Shown here in pieces: positions 10,101-16,805 of a stretch of 64,000 nucleotides of DNA. Source of the DNA: Marinicella sp. (GTDB lineage Bacteria > Pseudomonadota > Gammaproteobacteria > Xanthomonadales > Marinicellaceae); the NCBI GenBank assembly GCA_965230295.1, contig OZ246001.1, positions 2,688,001 to 2,752,000 on the forward strand. The letters are read 5' to 3'. A program made the position numbers and the translations under genes. The notes under the pieces are model-generated. The model searched no databases and was not told the DNA's origin. It worked only from the letters and a program-made list of their open reading frames with translations. Position 1 is the stretch's first letter. Every line of letters begins with the position of its first letter.

Positions 10101-11276
10101 ATACCTGGTTCAATCATTCACTTAGGCGGTGGTGCGATCACTTGTTTTGAACCAGAGGTGGTGGCTGATGCCTCAGGTAACTGGATCTGTACCTCACCCT
10201 CATTGGTGCCAGTCACCGGTGATGTGATCAGTGCAACGGCAACCCAGTTTGGTTTATCGGTTTCACCTGCGGTCACCACCACCGTGTATGATCCGGGTGT
10301 GACCTCTCCACCAGCACCTCAGGTCGATCCAACCGATGGCACTTTCGTCAGCGGCAGCACCATTGCTGATGGTCTGATCACCGTATATAACGAGCAGTCG
10401 ATCCAGCTGTGCAGCACAATCGCTGATGCCTCTGGCAACTTCAACTGTACACCGCTGAGTCCTTCACCAGTGGTCGATGATGTGCTCAGTGTGATTGTCA
10501 CCGATGGTGATGGCAACTCATCGTTACCCACCCGGGTCACAGTGCAGGATTTACAAGCTCCGGATGCCCCTGTCATCAATGACCCAACTTCAGGCTTAAC
10601 TGTTTCAGGTACTGGTGAACCAGGAGCCACTGTGGACGTGATCACCACCTCTGGTGCCAGCTGTTCAGACCTGGTTGATGGCAGTGGTAATTGGAGTTGT
10701 GATTTATCTCCAGAACCTGTTGATGGAGAAATCGTTACGGCCACTCAAACTGATTTGGCTGGAAATGAGTCAGAACCAGCAACGGCCACCGTTGGCTATC
10801 GACCTGACTTATCCATCTTCATAAGCAACTGTGTTTCGGGCTTGAAGGTCAATGATCCAGTCCTGTATGAGATGACCATCAGCAACAATGGGAACATTGA
10901 CATCTTTGGAGCGACCATCAATGCAACCATGGGAAGTAACATCAGTCCCCCAGACTGGTTGTGTATGGCACCAGGGGCGGCGACTTGTGACACCGTGAAT
11001 GGATCAGGTGATGTGATCAATGAAGTGGTTAACATCCCTGCCGGTGATCAATTGGTGTATGTGCTGGATACCACGGTGACTGGGGGCTTGTTCGACTTCA
11101 TTGATGTGCAAGGTTCTGTAGGCATGCCAGTAGGCACCACAGATGTGAATGTCTTCAACAATGTGGCAGAAGACAGTGACCTGATTGATCAATTTATCTT
11201 CAAGGGTCAGTTTGAATGTGTGGCCCCGGGCACTATAGGGTCTAGCACTGAATTGTTAGAATCTTTGTTGCATTGA
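1110..11276 (+). CDS. Giant secreted surface protein/adhesin: signal peptide, two DUF285 (BspA-like) repeat blocks, about 28 Ig-like domains, DUF11-like C-terminal domain
   Basis: N-terminal MKTSILFLILSVFMVSTAKA|E; ~25-aa WDVSSVTDMxxMF repeats; T/S/G/P-rich ~87-aa beta modules (ITGxSEPG...WSC...ATATDxxGNxS); terminal DLSI...YEMTISNNG...NNVAEDSD. Confidence 0.85.
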   Translation: MKTSILFLILSVFMVSTAKAEFVFTFEARTGNLELDLSTHPAHNYNYTVDIDDGAQVFAGITGNFVYTFQGPGNHRIKVTEKYPNPYLVGSTAAQNGQVISIDQWGSQQWESMDRAFQGVDTVILATDVPDLSQVTNMSLMFASSNIGYLNLNGWDVSSVEDMSYLFADASFVDPQVGLWNVSSVTDMRGMFSQALSANPDVVGWDVSSVTHMGSMFWNADAAAPDVSGWNTSSVVWMRSMFQDANLANPDVSNWDTSSLEDASYLFKDATSADPDLSGWKIDRVTGVTDMLANTGLTTDNYDRLLINFANQNVMSGLDFSAGSTPYCYGEIARNFLENAHAWTVTDGDKDCSHINIAVPFVTTWEATASNPTIDLPNDPNFPGQYLFDVDIGNDGSFEYTGLVEDFSHTFPSPGFYTIGIKGFYPSPNFDGSTAATDGQLLSVDQWGDIRWLSMHRAFSGVDTQMLTTDAPDLSLVTDMSYMFDDSAIVNLDTSHWDVSFVTDMNGLFYRTTAINADVSEWDVSSVTDMSSLFAYTSNWNPNIRDWDVSSVLDMKFMFWEAADASPEVGDWDVSSVINMSYMFGNTPVANPQVSGWGTSSVTDMSGMFQGANAAHPDVSGWDVSSVTRMSYMFGGSSANPIVGGWNVSSVTDMTGLFYNATAADPNVSNWITSSLTDTSYMFANASNANPDVSNWDVSSVQNMRFMFWEAAAANPDLASWQIPEVINMTRMLENSGLTTSNYDAMLVNFDSQNVMSGVTFGAFPTTYCNADTEHASLTSADGWVITDGGFDCSPPDTTAPAPPVFDPVNENTNPITGLSEPGALITLDAVNCDNTPVITAANGLWSCVVPASDPLQPTTVISATATDDAGNESDPSSIIVGDTAANQSVSPTIDPVANGATEITGTAVPDSIIEFGYGIFTCANSTVVADAWGNWKCTSPSFDVTTGFVVIVTATQPGLSVSPAVTTTVYDPGVTSPPAPQVDPTDGTFVSGSTIADGLITVYNEQSIQLCSTIADASGNFNCTPLSPSPVVDDVLSVIVTDGDGNSSLPTRVTVQADIVAPAPPIINPVNVGTDPITGLSEPGTLIILGMATCDNDPVITAANGVWSCDVPASPPLMIGTVISATATDASGNVSDPSSTTVGALSGQSESPTFNPVANGATQVTGTAIPGSIIHLGGGAITCFEPEVVADASGNWICTSPSLVPVTGDVISATATQFGLSVSPAVTTTVYDPGVTSPPAPQVDPTDGTFVSGSTIADGLITVYNEQSIQLCSTIADASGNFNCTPLSPSPVVDDVLSVIVTDGDGNSSLPTRVTVQADIVAPAPPIINPVNVGTDPITGLSEPGTLIILGMATCDNDPVITAANGVWSCDVPASPPLMIGTVISATATDASGNVSDPSSTTVGALSGQSESPTFNPVANGATQVTGTAIPGSIIHLGGGAITCFEPEVVADASGNWICTSPSLVPVTGDVISATATQFGLSVSPAVTTTVYDPGVTSPPAPQVDPTDGTFVSGSTIADGLITVYNEQSIQLCSTIADASGNFNCTPLSPSPVVDDVLSVIVTDGDGNSSLPTRVTVQADIVAPAPPIINPVNVGTDPITGLSEPGALITLDAVNCDNTPVITAANGLWSCVVPASDPLQPTTVISATATDDAGNESDPSSIIVGDTAANQSVSPTIDPVANGATEITGTAVPDSIIEFGYGIFTCANSTVVADAWGNWKCTSPSFDVTTGFVVIVTATQPGLSVSPAVTTTVYDPGVTSPPAPQVDPTDGTFVSGSTIADGLITVYNEQSIQLCSTIADASGNFNCTPLSPSPVVDDVLSVIVTDGDGNSSLPTRVTVQADIVAPAPPIINPVNVGTDPITGLSEPGTLIILGMATCDNDPVITAANGVWSCDVPASPPLMIGTVISATATDASGNVSDPSSTTVGALSGQSESPTFNPVANGATQVTGTAIPGSIIHLGGGAITCFEPEVVADASGNWICTSPSLVPVTGDVISATATQFGLSVSPAVTTTVYDPGVTSPPAPQVDPTDGTFVSGSTIADGLITVYNEQSIQLCSTIADASGNFNCTPLSPSPVVDDVLSVIVTDGDGNSSLPTRVTVQADIVAPAPPIINPVNVGTDPITGLSEPGTLIILGMATCDNDPVITAANGVWSCDVPASPPLMIGTVISATATDASGNVSDPSSTTVGALSGQSESPTFNPVANGATQVTGTAIPGSIIHLGGGAITCFEPEVVADASGNWICTSPSLVPVTGDVISATATQFGLSVSPAVTTTVYDPGVTSPPAPQVDPTDGTFVSGSTIADGLITVYNEQSIQLCSTIADASGNFNCTPLSPSPVVDDVLSVIVTDGDGNSSLPTRVTVQADIVAPAPPIINPVNVGTDPITGLSEPGTLIILGMATCDNDPVITAANGVWSCDVPASPPLMIGTVISATATDASGNVSDPSSTTVGALSGQSESPTFNPVANGATQVTGTAIPGSIIHLGGGAITCFEPEVVADASGNWICTSPSLVPVTGDVISATATQFGLSVSPAVTTTVYDPGVTSPPAPQVDPTDGTFVSGSTIADGLITVYNEQSIQLCSTIADASGNFNCTPLSPSPVVDDVLSVIVTDGDGNSSLPTRVTVQADIVAPAPPIINPVNVGTDPITGLSEPGTLIILGMATCDNDPVITAANGVWSCDVPASPPLMIGTVISATATDASGNVSDPSSTTVGALSGQSESPTFNPVANGATQVTGTAIPGSIIHLGGGAITCFEPEVVADASGNWICTSPSLVPVTGDVISATATQFGLSVSPAVTTTVYDPGVTSPPAPQVDPTDGTFVSGSTIADGLITVYNEQSIQLCSTIADASGNFNCTPLSPSPVVDDVLSVIVTDGDGNSSLPTRVTVQADIVAPAPPIINPVNVGTDPITGLSEPGTLIILGMATCDNDPVITAANGVWSCDVPASPPLMIGTVISATATDASGNVSDPSSTTVGALSGQSESPTFNPVANGATQVTGTAIPGSIIHLGGGAITCFEPEVVADASGNWICTSPSLVPVTGDVISATATQFGLSVSPAVTTTVYDPGVTSPPAPQVDPTDGTFVSGSTIADGLITVYNEQSIQLCSTIADASGNFNCTPLSPSPVVDDVLSVIVTDGDGNSSLPTRVTVQDLQAPDAPVINDPTSGLTVSGTGEPGATVDVITTSGASCSDLVDGSGNWSCDLSPEPVDGEIVTATQTDLAGNESEPATATVGYRPDLSIFISNCVSGLKVNDPVLYEMTISNNGNIDIFGATINATMGSNISPPDWLCMAPGAATCDTVNGSGDVINEVVNIPAGDQLVYVLDTTVTGGLFDFIDVQGSVGMPVGTTDVNVFNNVAEDSDLIDQFIFKGQFECVAPGTIGSSTELLESLLH
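3495..10547 (+). repeat. Intragenic tandem array of 9 units (786,783,783,786,783x5 bp), each encoding 3 Ig-like domains
   Basis: Unit starts at 3495, 4281, 5064, 5847, 6633, 7416, 8199, 8982, 9765. Identical antisense ORFs recur at the same spacing, and no differences are visible between the 783-bp units. Confidence 0.95.
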
Positions 11277-11297
11277 CTGTTTTCAATCTTAAACAAC

Positions 11298-11329
11298 AAG
11301 AAAGCCGGTTACTTAAATCGGCTTTTTTT
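11298..11329 (+). terminator. Rho-independent terminator after giant adhesin
   Basis: AAAGCCGGTT-ACTT-AAATCGGCTTT followed by a T run. Confidence 0.8.
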
Positions 11330-11343
11330 GGGTTAATTATCAA

Positions 11344-11947
11344 TTAAGGGGTCAGTCAATAAATCGATCATCCATTTGAAGGTTGGTGATACATAAAACG
11401 ATCGCTCAAACGGTTGCCCCAATCTTGCCAAAACTCTATTTGTATCGAGCATCACACGATAACCCTCCTAGGCATCAGGGGGATCTTCCCTTCTTTTAGC
11501 TTCTTTTTTGACTTGAAGCATCAAGGTTGTTATCACTGTTCGATTGGAGAGCACACGACTGATACCCTCGAAGCCTGGAAATTGAGTGTTTAAAAGACAC
11601 CGTTTTAGAATTTTTATAACCACACCACTGAATCTGGCTTGGTTTTTCAGGTTCAACAGTAGGAATAGCAAAGAAGCATTTGCATAGTGCTCAAATTCTA
11701 TTGCTTTGGCACTGATGTAACTGGTAAAAGATAAAACCTTGAGTGTCAAACAATTTCAAAAAAATGGTTCGCACTTGTGGTATACCATCTGATCTGACGA
11801 TGGCCAAGCTCATGGCATTGTATTTTTTGATTTTTACTTACCAGCTTGCTCTAACCAGGTAGTGTATTGATCAAATGGATTTTTAATCCGGGTTTCTCTG
11901 CTCAAATCTGTTTTGCGTTTTTCTCTCTTATTGCTTACTATATTCAC
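11344..11947 (-). pseudogene. pdxH: Degraded pyridoxine/pyridoxamine 5'-phosphate oxidase pseudogene
   Basis: Manual minus-strand translation across frameshifts gives NPFDQYTTWLEQA / NAMSLAIVRSDGIPQVRTIFLKLFDTQGFIF / FTSYISAKAIEFEHYANASLLF / IEFWQDWGNRLSDRFMY...LTP*, colinear with PdxH motifs (e.g. IEFWQGxxxRLHDR). It carries several stops and frameshifts. Confidence 0.8.
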
Positions 11948-11985
11948 GTTAGCATTGTTTTGTTTTTGCCAACAAATAAAATTGA

Positions 11986-13239
11986 TCATTGAAACGCGGT
12001 TCGAGTGTTGGTGGTGACAAAACGCAAGATGGTGACGGTCAGCATGATGACCAGGAAGGGAATACAGGTATACAGGATGCCAGTCCATTGGTAGTTGAAC
12101 AGCACCCAACCGGCCATCAAGGAAGACATGCCCTGGAAGGTGAAAATACTGAAGTCGTTGACGGCTTGAACTTTGTGTCGTTCATGACTTTCATAACTCA
12201 GTGGTAATAAAGTGGTACCGGAATAGAACAGGAAATTCCAGCCAATGCCCAATAAGATCAACGCCCACCAGTAATGCAACAGATCATGTCCGTGACTGGC
12301 AATGATGACCACCCCAATAAACATCAGCGTACCCACCAACAAAAAGTATTTGGTCTTGATGCGTGAGCCCAACCATATGGTCAAGAAAGAGGGCAGGTAC
12401 ATGGCAGCCACATGAGACTGGATCACCCACTTGGTGTGTTCTAATGAGTGGTTGTGTAATTGGTGCATGCTCAACGGCGTGGCAGTCATCACAAAACTCA
12501 TCAGCCCAAAGCCCAATGCGGCAGCCACAATGGCGACAATAAAAACAGGTTGTTTTGCGATTTCGCCCATAGAGCGACTGGTTTTGGTTTGAGTATCTTC
12601 CTTAAGAACAGGCACCTTAAGCTGGGACACAATGACAATGGCCACCAAAGCCAGGAGCAAAACACCCAGAAAAGTCCCTGCATAACCATGAGGTGATGCC
12701 AACCAGTTTTTACTGACAAAAGCCAATTCAGGCCCGATCAATGCGGCAAAAATACCAGTCAACATCAACAGTGAGATCGCTTTAGGAATGTCTTTGCTGT
12801 GTTCCAATGACTCGATGGCGGCAAATCTGAGTTGTTGTGCAAAGGCACCACTGAAGCCCAACACAAAAGCAGCCGCTATCAGCAACAAGAACAATTCGTT
12901 TTTAACTGCAATGATTCCCATGGCGCCGCCTACCATGCCCGAAGAGAAGCCCATCATGGTGGCTTTGCGCCGACCAAACTTTCTGGCTAAAAATGCTGCA
13001 GGAATCGCTGCCACGGCTGTGCCTGCAATCATGAAGCTCAAAGGCAGGGTTACCCAGGCAGGATCAGGGGCCATGGGTTCGGCAATGAAACCACCAATGA
13101 AAACCATCATGGGGGCTGCTGCTGTGATCAACGGTTGTGCCAAGAACAGCAAGCTGATGTTTTTATGTAAACCGGAAAACCGGAAAATCAAAAAAGCGAA
13201 AAGGAGTAGGGCAGCAAATATAAAGGTCAAATTGATCAT
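11986..13239 (-). CDS. MFS transporter
   Basis: About 12 hydrophobic helices, motif-A-like ARKFGRR, QQLRFAA, SHVAAMYLPS. Confidence 0.9.
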   Translation of the reverse strand: MINLTFIFAALLLFAFLIFRFSGLHKNISLLFLAQPLITAAAPMMVFIGGFIAEPMAPDPAWVTLPLSFMIAGTAVAAIPAAFLARKFGRRKATMMGFSSGMVGGAMGIIAVKNELFLLLIAAAFVLGFSGAFAQQLRFAAIESLEHSKDIPKAISLLMLTGIFAALIGPELAFVSKNWLASPHGYAGTFLGVLLLALVAIVIVSQLKVPVLKEDTQTKTSRSMGEIAKQPVFIVAIVAAALGFGLMSFVMTATPLSMHQLHNHSLEHTKWVIQSHVAAMYLPSFLTIWLGSRIKTKYFLLVGTLMFIGVVIIASHGHDLLHYWWALILLGIGWNFLFYSGTTLLPLSYESHERHKVQAVNDFSIFTFQGMSSLMAGWVLFNYQWTGILYTCIPFLVIMLTVTILRFVTTNTRTAFQ

Positions 13240-13347
13240 GGTAACGGCAGTCTAACAGTGGTGATGACATGAAGCCACCGATTTTTTTCAGTACATGCGT
13301 TAAAATACCGTATTGAAACTGCCACCTGCTTTGATGAGCTTAAAACG

Positions 13348-14196
13348 ATGAAACGCGATGATAAAGTACAACTAATCATATTGATAGAGGGCATCTACAA
13401 TGTGGTGGTGCTGATTCTTAAAGTGGTGGTCGGCCTGGCCACCCATTCACTGGCCATTTTGGCCGATGCGGTGCACTCTTTAACAGATGTCTTGAACAAT
13501 GTGGTCATTTGGTTGGTGATGCGGGTGGCCCAAAAACCAGCTGATGCTGACCACCCGTACGGTCACCGTAAGTTCGAAACCATGGCGGTTTTTGGTCTGG
13601 CGTCATTATTGGTCGTGCTGGCCGTGGAGTTGGTGTTACATGCCTTCAGGTCAGATACCCAGGAAATCATCAGTGAACCTTGGGGTTTAGGTCTGATGCT
13701 GGTGGTGTTGATTTTGAATTTATCGGTCTCTTTGTGGGAGCGCCATTGGGCCAAAAAGCTGGATTCTGATATTTTGCATGCCGATGCCCAACACACGTTT
13801 GTCGATGTGTTAACCACCCTTTTGGTGATAGTCAGTTGGCAATTATCGGTCATGGGTTTCGTCTGGCTGGATAAACTGTGTGCAATAGGTGTGGCTGGCT
13901 TGGTCTTGTATTTTGCCTTTGGTTTGTTTCAAAAAGTAGTACCCATATTGGTGGATGGATTCGCCATTGATCCTGATTTACTGGCCAAAGCAGCAGCCCA
14001 TGTCGAAGGTGTTAAAGAAGTGAGACAGGTGCGGTCGCGATGGATTGGTAACAGCAAGGCCGTTGATTTGATCATTGCTGTTGATGCCTCATTAGGTATC
14101 AAAGAATCTCATGACATTGCCCATGATGTTGAAGACATGCTGGTTGCAGAATTCAATGTGGTGGATGCATCGATCCATGTGGAGCCATTCGAATAA
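13348..14196 (+). CDS. Cation diffusion facilitator (FieF-like) metal efflux transporter
   Basis: SLAILADAVHSLTD, HPYGHRKFE, DAQHTFVD, C-terminal IHVEP. Confidence 0.9.
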   Translation: MKRDDKVQLIILIEGIYNVVVLILKVVVGLATHSLAILADAVHSLTDVLNNVVIWLVMRVAQKPADADHPYGHRKFETMAVFGLASLLVVLAVELVLHAFRSDTQEIISEPWGLGLMLVVLILNLSVSLWERHWAKKLDSDILHADAQHTFVDVLTTLLVIVSWQLSVMGFVWLDKLCAIGVAGLVLYFAFGLFQKVVPILVDGFAIDPDLLAKAAAHVEGVKEVRQVRSRWIGNSKAVDLIIAVDASLGIKESHDIAHDVEDMLVAEFNVVDASIHVEPFE

Positions 14197-14205
14197 GCAA
14201 GGCGG

Positions 14206-14721
14206 TTAAAGCAGTAAGGGCCACATCAATAAAAGTAGCATCAATAACAAACTGGTCACTGCCAAAGTCATGGCACGTAAAAAACGCCGACGCTTCAAAT
14301 CCCTCAAATAGGAAACTTTTAAGAACTCATAAGCAAGCTCTTGCTCAATGTCCATGCTGGCCAACTGATCAACATATTCGGTGACGTTCTCTGCTTCGTG
14401 CATATAAAACAAACCTTTGACCACTGTTTTGTTCTTCAGTACATGTGGAGCCACACGCCGGGTTGGGTAGAGCACAGAACCAAAACAAATGACGGGCATG
14501 ATGATCAAAACCCAACTGAATATGATGAGCAAGGGTTGCCATTGATGGTTGACATCATTCCAAGTGTTGAATTTGATCACCATGCCGATGGTGAATATAA
14601 AGCCGATGCCTACAATCTGTGCTTTGGTGTCATAGGTGCGGATGTTGTCTTGAGATTCTTTGAGTGCGGCATACAGAAACTGACTCTTTTGATCCAAAGA
14701 CAATTGGTTGGTGGTGACCAT
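14206..14721 (-). CDS. 3-TM membrane protein resembling the Pycsar effector domain (DUF5706/PycTM-like)
   Basis: IRTYDTKAQ before TM1, TM2 ending in VLYP, GLFY, E..YE..KVS.LRD.K before TM3; 171 aa. Confidence 0.6.
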   Translation of the reverse strand: MVTTNQLSLDQKSQFLYAALKESQDNIRTYDTKAQIVGIGFIFTIGMVIKFNTWNDVNHQWQPLLIIFSWVLIIMPVICFGSVLYPTRRVAPHVLKNKTVVKGLFYMHEAENVTEYVDQLASMDIEQELAYEFLKVSYLRDLKRRRFLRAMTLAVTSLLLMLLLLMWPLLL

Positions 14722-14861
14722 GTTTTTACATTGAATTAAAAACGCCGATTCTAATCAATCAACCATGACAACACCATGAATTCTTGATGGCATTGTTCTG
14801 ACTTTTAGTACTGACCTTATAACATGTAGTTTGCAGGTCGATTTGTTACCAGTTTGTGGTC

Positions 14862-15632
14862 TTATTTTTTCTTAAAGACCAAGATAAATCGATCGGTTTT
14901 GCCACGCATTTCAGGAGCAAATACCGATGTTTTTTTATCATCATCAGGGTTGGCTAGAACCGCAGATTCAGCCATCAACTCGAAGCCAATGTTCTCGATT
15001 TGTTCAACAGCGAAGCCTTTTTCAATCCGGTGTAACGATTGGCTGTCCATGGCCTGACGTCCCGGATTGGCTTGATGGTCAACAATCAGAAAACGGCCAT
15101 CAGGTTTGAGTCCAGTATGAATTTGTTGCATGAAATGCTGGTGATCAATCTGTGGCCAACCATTGGCTTGGTCATCATAAAATAAATCATGATAAGACAT
15201 GATGATCATGGCGGCATCCAAAGAGCCCGGCTGCATGCCCAAGTCATCGACTTCTCGGTCATGTTGAACCATTTGTGGTAACGTGTTGTTGGCCATTCGT
15301 TCAGTCAGTGCTTTGTTGACAAAATTAAGGTATGCCTGGTTGTTGTGCAAATAAACTTTGCCGTCTTCACCCACCACCCGAGCGATCAATTCGGAATAAT
15401 AACCACCGCCACCAAAGACATCAAAAACCACATCACCAGGACGGATATCGAGCATCTTGAGGGTCACATCAGGGCGGCTTCTGGCATCTCGGGTTCTGTC
15501 GTCATCAGAGCGTTCAGGCGCAGACAGTGCCATTTCCAGCGATTTTAAAGGACCTTCGGCTTTGGCTTCGGACTGACCGCCAGCGGCAGCTTGTAAGCTG
15601 ATGAGCAATAACAACAAGTATATGTTTCTCAT
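14862..15632 (-). CDS. Signal-peptide-bearing class I SAM-dependent methyltransferase-like protein
   Basis: Signal peptide; RS..DR.RD..SRP...L; VFDVFGGGGYYSEL; YHD; LKPDGRFLIVDH; TDRFILVFKK. Confidence 0.85.
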   Translation of the reverse strand: MRNIYLLLLLISLQAAAGGQSEAKAEGPLKSLEMALSAPERSDDDRTRDARSRPDVTLKMLDIRPGDVVFDVFGGGGYYSELIARVVGEDGKVYLHNNQAYLNFVNKALTERMANNTLPQMVQHDREVDDLGMQPGSLDAAMIIMSYHDLFYDDQANGWPQIDHQHFMQQIHTGLKPDGRFLIVDHQANPGRQAMDSQSLHRIEKGFAVEQIENIGFELMAESAVLANPDDDKKTSVFAPEMRGKTDRFILVFKKK

Positions 15633-15661
15633 AATAAACCTCTTAATTCTGGGCTTTTTAC

Positions 15662-15693
15662 TCAGTAGTGATTATATTCAGTAGTGATTATAT
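15662..15693. repeat. Perfect 16-bp tandem duplication TCAGTAGTGATTATAT x2
   Basis: Read directly; each unit contains TATAAT on the minus strand upstream of 14862-15632. Confidence 0.9.
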
Positions 15694-15837
15694 CAAGACT
15701 TATTGCGCATGGATGTGCTGATGGTCATTCTTCGCAGGGTGTTAACTGACCCCAGTTAAAATCATTTCAAATTTAATCATTAATTAATGTGGATTGTGTC
15801 ATCATGATTGGGGGGATTCTTATCTAAGGTCATTAAA

Positions 15838-16773
15838 ATGAATAATAAACAAAACAACCTGTTAAAACGAATAAAGCCATACATCAAAAAGGTACTAAAC
15901 AAAATGCCTTACATCTCAGGTTTGAGTCGGCAAGTCAAAGAATTGGGGGCATTTCCTGCTGGTCACTACTATTCTCCCATACCGGCCAGAGCTGATGTAT
16001 CTGATGCCATTGAAAATAACCGGTCACACAGTTCATTGCACGGGATTCGAATACGCCATCAATCTCAACTTTCTTTGTTGAATGAATTGGCAGGGTTTTA
16101 CCCGAATATTCCTTACAATTTCCGTCCTGAGAGCGCAGATGAAAAGTACTACTATGATCAGGAATTTTTTGGGTACACCGATGCCATCATGTTGTTTTGT
16201 ATGATCCAAAAACATCGATTTAAAAACATCATAGAAGTGGGTTCAGGTTTTTCTTCTGCAGCGATTCTGGATGCCTATCATGCATCAGGGATCAGTGATT
16301 ATCGATTGACACTCATAGAGCCATTCCCGGAGAGGGTGAACGCATTGATCGGTTCGAAACCAAACCAACATGTGGAGTTGATTGAATCTGCTGTTCAGAA
16401 TTGTAATCTGGACAGGTTCAGATCTTTAGAGGCTGGTGACCTGTTATTTATTGATTCCAGCCATGTGGTGAAATTTCAAAGTGACCTCCATTATTTATTA
16501 TTCCAGGTTTTGCCCGTATTGAAATCTGGTGTGTTGGTGCATTTTCACGATGTGTTTTTTCCATTTGAGTACCCTGAAAGTTGGTTGTTGGATGGCAGGT
16601 ACTGGAATGAATGTTATTTCCTACAGGCATTTTTAACCAACAATGATCAATGGGAAATTGAATTGTTTAACAACTACTTGAACACCACTCAGGAAGATGT
16701 GCTTACTCAGCTCATGCCCTTGTGTCAAAATAATCATGGTGGTAGCATTTATATAAGAAAACAATATGAATGA
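15838..16773 (+). CDS. Class I SAM-dependent methyltransferase (Methyltransf_24-like)
   Basis: GHYYSPIP, IIEVGSGFSS, LFIDSSHVVK, VHFHDVFFPFEYP; ATG at 15838 chosen as start. Confidence 0.85.
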   Translation: MNNKQNNLLKRIKPYIKKVLNKMPYISGLSRQVKELGAFPAGHYYSPIPARADVSDAIENNRSHSSLHGIRIRHQSQLSLLNELAGFYPNIPYNFRPESADEKYYYDQEFFGYTDAIMLFCMIQKHRFKNIIEVGSGFSSAAILDAYHASGISDYRLTLIEPFPERVNALIGSKPNQHVELIESAVQNCNLDRFRSLEAGDLLFIDSSHVVKFQSDLHYLLFQVLPVLKSGVLVHFHDVFFPFEYPESWLLDGRYWNECYFLQAFLTNNDQWEIELFNNYLNTTQEDVLTQLMPLCQNNHGGSIYIRKQYE

Positions 16774-16805
16774 CAATTCATCAAGAAGGGGATTTGCTGA
16801 TAAAT

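Noticed and set aside
3495-10547. Possible CRISPR array or DGR template/variable repeats
   Set aside because: Units are 783 bp, in-frame and lack spacers; no adenine-specific variation; no cas or reverse transcriptase gene in the window.
3410-10744. Series of 116-164-aa antisense ORFs repeated every 783 bp
   Set aside because: Shadow ORFs of the adhesin repeats; no independent coding signal.
11468-12109. ORFs 11468-11749 and 11834-12109 as independent genes
   Set aside because: Fragments of the pdxH pseudogene or overlaps with the MFS gene.
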